A stretch of DNA of 64,000 nt, taken from contig JAHJEV010000004.1 of the NCBI GenBank assembly GCA_018825365.1, positions 27,527-91,526 on the forward strand, given 5' to 3'. This DNA comes from Patescibacteria group bacterium. GTDB taxonomy: Bacteria > Patescibacteriota > WWE3 > UBA101185 > UBA10185. Made by a program: the position numbers and the translations under genes. Shown here in pieces: positions 44,182-53,100 of the stretch (positions are counted from its first letter, which is position 1; every line of letters starts with the position of its first letter). Below the pieces are notes generated by a model. That model saw only the letters and a program-made list of their open reading frames with translations. It was not told the origin of the DNA and ran no database searches.

Positions 44182-47100
44182 ATGAGCCTGCCTGCCCAAG
44201 AAAACGCACAAAGAAATAATGACACAAAGTATGACTTCCAAAGATTTGGAAGTTTAAAAGTTTCTCAAGCCGCAAAAATTTTAGGTATATCCCCTTCCTC
44301 ACTTAGACGCTTCGAAAAAGAAGAAAGAATTACCTCGGAAAGAGCCCCCGGAAATAACTATAGAACCTACAGATTGGATCTAGTAAACAGGCTAAAAGCC
44401 GAGCTACAAAACGATGGTACCAACAAACAGCTTCTGGTCAAGAGGAAAAAACTTAGAAAAACTCAGAAATACTCCCCAGAAAAAATAAATACAGGTCTAA
44501 TAAAAACCAAACCAGGGATAATACCTTCCCCAGCCCCAGTATTTAACATGGATATACCTTCGGCGCCATACCATGTCAAACCTTATGTACCAGTATCCCC
44601 CTCGCTAGAAAAACTAGACGAATCGATTAAGACAAAGGGTGACAAAGAGGAAAACTTGAACTTACCGGAGGTAGTTCCTTCATATGAAAAAATAGTCACA
44701 TACAAACCAGCAGTAGCCAAATTAAGTTTAGGCAGAGTTTTCGCCTTGATATCTACTCTCGTACTAGTATCCACAATCCTTATTTTCCCCGTGAACTTTT
44801 CAAAAGTTCTTTCAGATTTTAGATCTAAAGTTCAAAACGGACTTGTCAACGCTAAGAATCTGTCAAATGTTCTTAGTACTTTAAACTTTGGATCAAAAAA
44901 GCTAGCTGAAAAGAAATCAACTGCCCCAAGTGAACTTTTGGCAAATGTACTTGCCGCAAGTGCCCGAGTTTCAAATTACGTTTACAACATCAATATTCCA
45001 GTATTTTTCAAAAAACCAGCAACATTTGAAGACACCCTAACGGCAGAGCAGCTGGCAACTTTCAACGCCGCTATTACCACAACCAATGTAACTTTCAAAG
45101 GCACCGGTTTAATAAATAACCTTTTAGGTATTGATGTAGTAACAAAAACCACACTCGAAAGAGACTTGGATATTGACGGACAGATAACAAGCACAGGAAT
45201 GGGAGACACGGTAATAAGCAAGGGAATTATAACAGGACCGATGCTCAATTCAAACATAACATATTCCGGTAAATTTAATTTTTCAGGAACAATTGCACTA
45301 AAAGGAACAACAATTACATCAACAGCAGCCGAGCTTAATCAACTGGCAGGACTTTCATATGAAAGCGGCGGCATATTTTACGGAGACGGGACCGGATTTT
45401 ATCAGGATACTTCTTATCTGTTTTGGGACAGCACAAACAAAAATCTAGGTATAGGAACTAGTTCTCCCACTGCAACTCTAGAAATAATAAGCTCGGGAAC
45501 AGGTACCTCTACGTCAACTTTATGGACTAAGAATTCTACTGGAACAACAGGTTTATTTGTACAAAATAGTGGGAATGTGGGTGTCGGAACTACAGCCCCG
45601 GCCACAGCTTTGGAAATCGGTGGAAGCGGAAATCTAAGAATAGGAGGATTAACTGCTTTATCCGGTGTATATACAGATGCTGACAAAACCCTGGTCTCTA
45701 CCCCACCTACTTCAGGAACTTTAGGCTATTGGCAAAGAAACGGAACTTATGTTTCTCCAGCGACAATCACTGACAATGTAGGTATTGGTACCACCGCTCC
45801 TTCAGCACTTCTTGAAGTAAACGGTACCTCATGGCTTCGAGGTGGAACAGCACCTACTTCAGGTTTGTTCGTAAATTCAAGTGGCAACGTCGGCATCGGA
45901 ACAACAAACCCGGGAGCTAAACTGGACGTACGGGGAGGATTGAATACTGGAACCAATGGAACAGAATTTACAGTTTCTGACACTGGTATAGTTACTGCAG
46001 CCACCTCATTTCTAGCTCCAACTTTTGATACTGCTACCGGAGTGGCTATGAATATCGGAACTGCCACTCAAACTGCCCTCACCCTTGGTAGGGCGGGAGC
46101 AACCACAACCATTAACGGTTCCGGCTTAACGGTTGGGCCAACCGCTTGGACCGCAACTCCAACTATCTCCGGACTGATTACCGCTACCTCCGGCTTAACT
46201 GCCAATGGAGCTTTAACCGCTAACAGCACTTTCACGCTTGGAGATGATGGAGACCTCGGATCGATTGATACTTCTGACTGGAATATCACAACAACTGGAG
46301 CAATGACCGGAATTTCAGGAATTGCTAATGATGGTGCCTACACTCAATCAGGAACATCGGCTAACACTTTTACTGGAACCTCAACTTTTTCCAATGCCAC
46401 CTACTCCGCCTTTTTTACCGGTGGTAACGTAGGTATCGGCACGACAGAGCCAGGCAGCAAGTTGGAAGTTGCGGGAACCTTTACCGTTTCCGGCAGCAAC
46501 CTAACCACTCTCGGAGGCAATCTGACAGTTACCGGTACTACTTGGACAGCCACCCCGACAATTTCCGGTTTAGTAACCATGACCTCAGGTTTTGACAGCA
46601 ACGCCGCCTCAACCGTCTCTTCCTTAACCATAGATGCCAACACTGGAAATGCTCTAACTATTTCCGGAACCGGTTTTACCACTGACATTACCCTCCAAAA
46701 CGGGGAAACAATTGACAATGACACTGACGGCACAATCTTACTCACCGCTCCCACCACTAAAACTTCAGGCAATCTGTATGCGGGAACATCAGGGACAGGA
46801 ACAATCACCTCAGGTTTAATTAACGGTCAAACTATATCCTCCGCCGCTAATTTCACCGGCACCGGAATTTTTGCTTCAACTCTAACTGCTTCCAATGGCT
46901 TAACTTTAACTACCGGAGCTTTGAATTTGACATCAACTTCCGGCACAGTTAACCTAGCAACGACTTTTAACCAAGTGGGCGCTACAACCATCAACACTTC
47001 AGGCACTGCCAACACTACTATCGGCAATACCGCAGGCGGGACAATCACAATCGGTGCCGCCTCCGGAAGCGATCTTGCCTTAAATGACGCCCAATGGTCA

Positions 47101-50100
47101 ATTACCGGGGCCGGAGCGGCCAACTTTACTGGTTTAACTTCATCAGGAACAATTACCTTTTCCGGCTTGACCGCTTCAAGAGGAGTATTTACCGCTACCG
47201 GAGGGCAATTAGCTACTTCGGCTACTTCCCAATACCTAATTGACTCTCTTTCCGACGAAACAGGGTCGGGAGCTTTGGTCTTTAGTAACAGCCCGGCAAT
47301 TACCACCCCGACCATCACCACTTCAGCTACCGTGCCTTTATTAATTGGTGGTACAGCTGCCAACAGCACTTTGACTTTGAGATCCACTTCGGGTACGGGC
47401 ATAACCGGAGCTGACATTCTTTTCCAGACCGGTAACAACGGGGCTACTGAAGCCATGAGAATTTTGAACTCGGGCAATGTGGGTATTGGGACGACCAATC
47501 CACAGTATGCTCTTGAAGTAGGAGGAAGCGGGAATGTGAGAATCGGAGGACTTAGTGCCTCAATGGGAGTATATACCGATGCAAATAAGCAGCTAACTTC
47601 CACTCCTCCTACCTCCGGGGGTTTAGGATACTGGACAAGAAGTGGTACTACTCTTTGGCCTACCGCAAATACGGATAATCTAACCACTCTTGGCAACATT
47701 GGCATAGGCACCACCTCCCCCACCTCTTCTCTTCATCTTAATGCGTCTGCCCCCAGTGGCATTATATTTAATCTTGCCTATGGTGCATCCACAGTAATTG
47801 ACAACGATCTTACCGGCGCCAAGTTTAACCTTGATGACGGCACAGTCGTTGCAACCAACCAGAATATCACAGGCTTGGAGGTAAAGTTGCCAACCGTCAC
47901 CAACACCCATACAACAGGCACCAAAACGCTCAAAGGATTTTATGTAAACTTCGGAACCGGATCAGGCTTAAACCAAACCGGCGTCGGCGGCACCACCACC
48001 TACAATGCCCTTCACGTGGATCTTCCCGCCCTTACCCAAACGGCCGGAACGTTAAACATTAATGGTTTGTATGTGAACTCTCCGTCCAGTATCACAACCG
48101 GCGGTACGGCAAGCGGTCTTTATATAAACTCCACAGGAGTTAATGCAGGCGCGCTGTACGGGGTGAATGTAAGTAATATAACGGCAGGCGCGGGAACCGA
48201 ACGGGCGATTAACATAGGGAGTGGCTGGGACAGCGTTTTAGCAGTAAACGGTACCGTGATAATAAGCGGCTCGGGAGTAACCCAAACAGCCGGCGGCGGC
48301 ACCGGTTTTTCCACGTATACCAAAGGAGATGTCCTATACTCGGACGCGGCCAACTCGCTTGCTAAACTTGGCATTGGCACTGTCAATCAAGTTCTCTCCG
48401 TTACCGCAGGAGGAGTGCCGGGTTGGGGAACTATGGACGGTACAAGCTGTGTCAACTGTCTTATTAGCAACCCCACCGGAGATCAAATCATTGCTCCTAC
48501 CGGACAGGGTACGACAGGACTAGTTGTTCGCCAGACCTCAACCTCCTCTCCTACCGATGATATTTTTGCTGTTACCAATAGCGCCGGTGATAATAAATAT
48601 TTTTATGTTGACTACGCGGGCGTTGTCAATATCCCAAGTATCGGCTCCTCCAGCGGAGACCAGCTAACTATTGAACCAGGAACAGACAAATACGCCCTTA
48701 AACTTCTGGGCACCAATGTGGCGGCAAACAGCCTTCAGCTTATTGACAGCTACAACACTTCGGGCACCATTTTTGATCTTGACTACCCAGCGGCAAGAAC
48801 GCTTTCAGGCGCACTTGTTGGTATGGATATTGACCTTTCCACCAATCTAACAGTAACAAACCAAAGCGTAACCGCTCAAAAAATTACTTTACCCACTTTT
48901 ACCAATACAAATACCACAGGTACCAAGTCGTATTTGGGTATGCAAATTGCTCCCCCGGGAGCTGGCGGTGTTAACCAAAATGGTATTGGTGGAACAAGCG
49001 AGTACATTTTGGCGGATCTTACCATGCCTGCTCTTACCCAAACAGCAGGAACGCTTAATGCCTACGGGGTCAAAATCATAACACCTTCGTCCATCACCAC
49101 CGGCGGTACTGCTTATGGGGTTAATATAAACGCAAGCGGAGTCGGAGCAGGCACGCTTTACGGGATGAATGTAAGTAATATAGCGGCAGGCGCGGGAACC
49201 GAACGGGCGATAAACATCGGCACAGGCTGGGATTATGGTATCTACTCGGAAACCACAGGCAACTCCTACTTTGCAGGCAGTGTTGGCATCGGAACAACAA
49301 ATCCCACCGCAGCTCTTGATGTTGCTGGAGGAATAAAAGCAACTACATTTAATGGCAATATTATCTCCACAGGTACTGGAACTTTAACACTGGGGGCTTC
49401 AAAAACTTTAACTGTTAATGATTCCACTGTTTTGAATACTAATACCGTTACCTTCGGAGGAACAGAAATATTAACTTTAACCGCAGGAAAGAATGTAACC
49501 TTTGCTGATTCCTTTACCACCTCGGGATCAAATTCTCTCACACTAACAACTACCGGGTCAACCAATACAACCCTGCCAACCACAGGAACTCTTGCTACCT
49601 TAGCCGGAATAGAAACATTCAGCAGCAAAACATTTAGCGGAAATACATACTTTCCTGGATCTGGTATCTGGGATGCAGGAGGCAACATCGGCATCGGGAC
49701 GACAGCTCCGAAGAACAAGCTAGATGTATTTGGTGCTATGGCTATAGGGTCATACGCAGGTGTGAATACGGCACCGAGCAACGGGATGATAATATCTGGC
49801 AACGTCGGCATCGGGACGACGGGACCGGGGGCGACCCTGCACGTTCAAAAAGGTGCTGGTGTAACGGCGGTATCAGACAGCAACGCAGTGTTTCAACTCA
49901 CATCTGATGGTAATGCATCAAATATGTGGTTTAACATTAAGACAGGAGCCAATGGTGGAACCAATGGGACATTTGGATTTGCTGAAGCTGGGACTATTAA
50001 GGGCGGAATATTATGGGACGTGGCAAACGCCTCATTTAATTTATCTAGTGACGTAAACACTACAGCGACTTCAAGGCAAGTGATTATTAAAGCAGGCAAC

Positions 50101-53100
50101 GTCGGCATCGGGACGACGGGTCCCGTGGCCAATTTACACATTGTTGGCTCAACCTTGTTTGGCTCCTTAGCCGTGGCCGACAAGGTCACTGGCGGAAACA
50201 TCGGTACCGCCGCTGCCACCGTTGATATATATACCAGCTTCAATCTGTCCCAGGCCACCGCGGGCCAAACCATTACCCTGCCCGATCCAACTAATACCAC
50301 GGCCGGCAGATTAGTCTATCTTTCCAATACCGGTTCGGCCACCTTTACTTTTTACAACTCCACGGTTAAAGTCGGCGATACCACCGCGGCCATTTGGGAC
50401 AGTGACTCCTGGAACCTGGCCGGCGGCGGCGGTTTGGCTCAAGGCACGGTTGATAATGCTACTTTAAGATGGAACAACTCAACCACTCAGTGGGTGGAAA
50501 ATACCAGTATTCTTACCGCGTTAAATCCAACAGCCGTAGGTTCTTATGGGTTGTCAGTTGGCAATTCTGGCGCTGTTGCCGGAACCGGATATGGCATTTA
50601 CACCACAAAGACCGGGGGCTCAACTACTAATGTAGCTTTGTATGCATCGGCATCCGGTGGCGCTGCAAATTATGCTGCCATTTTTGATTCAGGAAATGTC
50701 GGCATCGGGACAACTGCTCCCACATATAAACTGGATACCCAACTGGCAAGTAATGGAATAATTGCAAGATTTTCAGCAACAGATGCAAGTTTACTTATAG
50801 GAGCAGATGCTAGTGGTGGATATATACAACCAGGAACAGTAGATAAAACTACAATATATCAATCAAACGGCACATCAGCAGTAGTAACTGTAGACGCTAA
50901 CAAAGTAGGTATAGGAACGACTGCTCCATCAACAAAATTAGATGTGAATGGCACGATTACCAGCCAGACCGGAGCTGTAAACTCCAATGTGGCTGACTCT
51001 TCAACCGCCATCGCCTTTTTACTGGCATCCAATAATACTTTATCCACCCAGGGCGCCAAACTCCTTTCTTTGAAAAACGCCTCAACGGAAAAGTTTTACA
51101 TTGACAAAGACGGCAATCTCTATACGGCCGGCACCATTCTGGCCGGCAATGGCACCGGCATACTGATGATTAACAAATCCGGCGGCACGGTCGCTAAGCG
51201 CAGTTTAGTCGTCATTGACATCACCACCAACTCCGCCTTTGCCACTACCACCACCGCCTACGCCAAATCCAGTTTTGGCGTGATTACCGGCGTCGGGCTT
51301 GGAGTAGCCTATGACGCCGATGGCGACGGCGCGTGCGACGCCGAAGATGTCTGCATGGTGGCGGTTGGCGGCGAAGTGGAAGTTCTTCTGACCAACGCGT
51401 CTACCGCCGTTAAAGGCGACTATATTTATACCTCGGCCACGGCCGGTTCGGGCGTGTCCAGCGCCAAGCAGTTTGACGGCCTTATCGGCATCGTCAGCAA
51501 CACGGCCGGCTCTGCTTCCGGCTATGGCAAAATGATTTTTAAAGTCCAGCCCCAGGTCTCCGGCTCGCAGTTTTTAACTAAAGAAGACACAGCTTTGGCT
51601 AATGGCGGTTATGTGGAGATAGTCCACAATCAGAGCACTAATGATGTGGTGACCAATGGGTGGGTGTACAACACAACCACCAGTAAATGGGAAATAGTTG
51701 GTGATAGTGGGGATGCAATTGGTGGAACAGTAACATATAAAGATGGATATACCATCCATACATTTACCAGTAGCGGAACCTTCACGCCAGTTAGTGCTGG
51801 AAATGTTGAAGTTTATGCTTGGGGTGGTGGCGCAGGTGGTGGGTATAACGCCGGTGCCGGAGGTGGTGGAGGAGCAGCTAATGGTACAGTAACAGTTGCG
51901 GCATCTTCTTATGTTGTTACTGTTGGTGGCGGTGGATTATCTAGGGCACCGGATGCTGGTCCTGGACCAGCAGTTGTTGGTGGAGGTGGTTTAGCAGGTA
52001 ATCTTGGTTATGGTGGTCAAGGCGGAGGTTTATCTGGAATTTTTATAGGATCTTCTTCTCAAGTCAATGCTCGCTTAATGGCTGGTGGGGGCGGTGGTGG
52101 TGCTTACGAAGGTGCTAATGGCGGTGCTGGAGGCGGCACTAATGGCGTTGCTGGTGGCAACGGTTTAGATGCTGGTGGTGGTGGAGGAACACAATCTGCT
52201 GGTGGCACATCTGTTTCCTCTACCGGTTCTGCGCTACAGGGAGGTTCTTCTGGTGCTCAAGGTGATGGTGGCGGTAGCGGTGGTGGAGGTGGTGGTTATT
52301 GGGGTGGAGGAGCTGGTAGTAATACCAATCCTGGTTCTGCTGGTGGTGGCGGTGCAGGATTTTATAACCCAACTTATGCTTCCTCTGTAACATTAACTGC
52401 AGGTTCTGGAACAACACCTGGTGATTCAGGTAATTCTTTAAGAGGTTCTGCTGGTAATGGAGGTGCGGCTGGTAATAATGCAGGTACAGCCGGCATTGTC
52501 ATTGTTAGATATCTGACGAATTCGTTGAGCGCTTTCAAAATCACCCAGCAGGATACCAATACGGTTCGGCTTTATAATTATTCCGGCGCGACGCAATATG
52601 TCAGGTTAAATGTTATTCCTTCCGGCGGCGGCGGTTCGCCGGGCGGCGGCGCCGGGCTCTACACCAATAACAACGCCTCCGTTGCCAACGGCTCCTACAT
52701 CGACGTGGCGCACAACCAGAACACCGCCGACCTGGTAAGCAACGGGTGGATTTACAATACAGCTACTAGCAAATGGGAACAGATTGACAAAGATAGTAGT
52801 GATGCCACTGGCGGAACAATAACATATAGCGGTGGATATACCATTCATACTTTTACAAGTAGCGGAACATTCACACCACCAAATAATGGAAATGTTGAAT
52901 ATCTTGTGGTTGGAGGAGGAGGAGGAGGTCATACGGGAGGTGGTGGGGCGGGTGGATATTTGACTGGAACAGATTCATTATCCGCAACCTCTTACAATGT
53001 TATAGTTGGAGCAACAGTGGGCGCATATACAACTGGAAACAATAGTTCATTCAATGGCAAAATAGCTTCTGGCGGAGGTCTTGGAGGAAATGTAGGTGAA

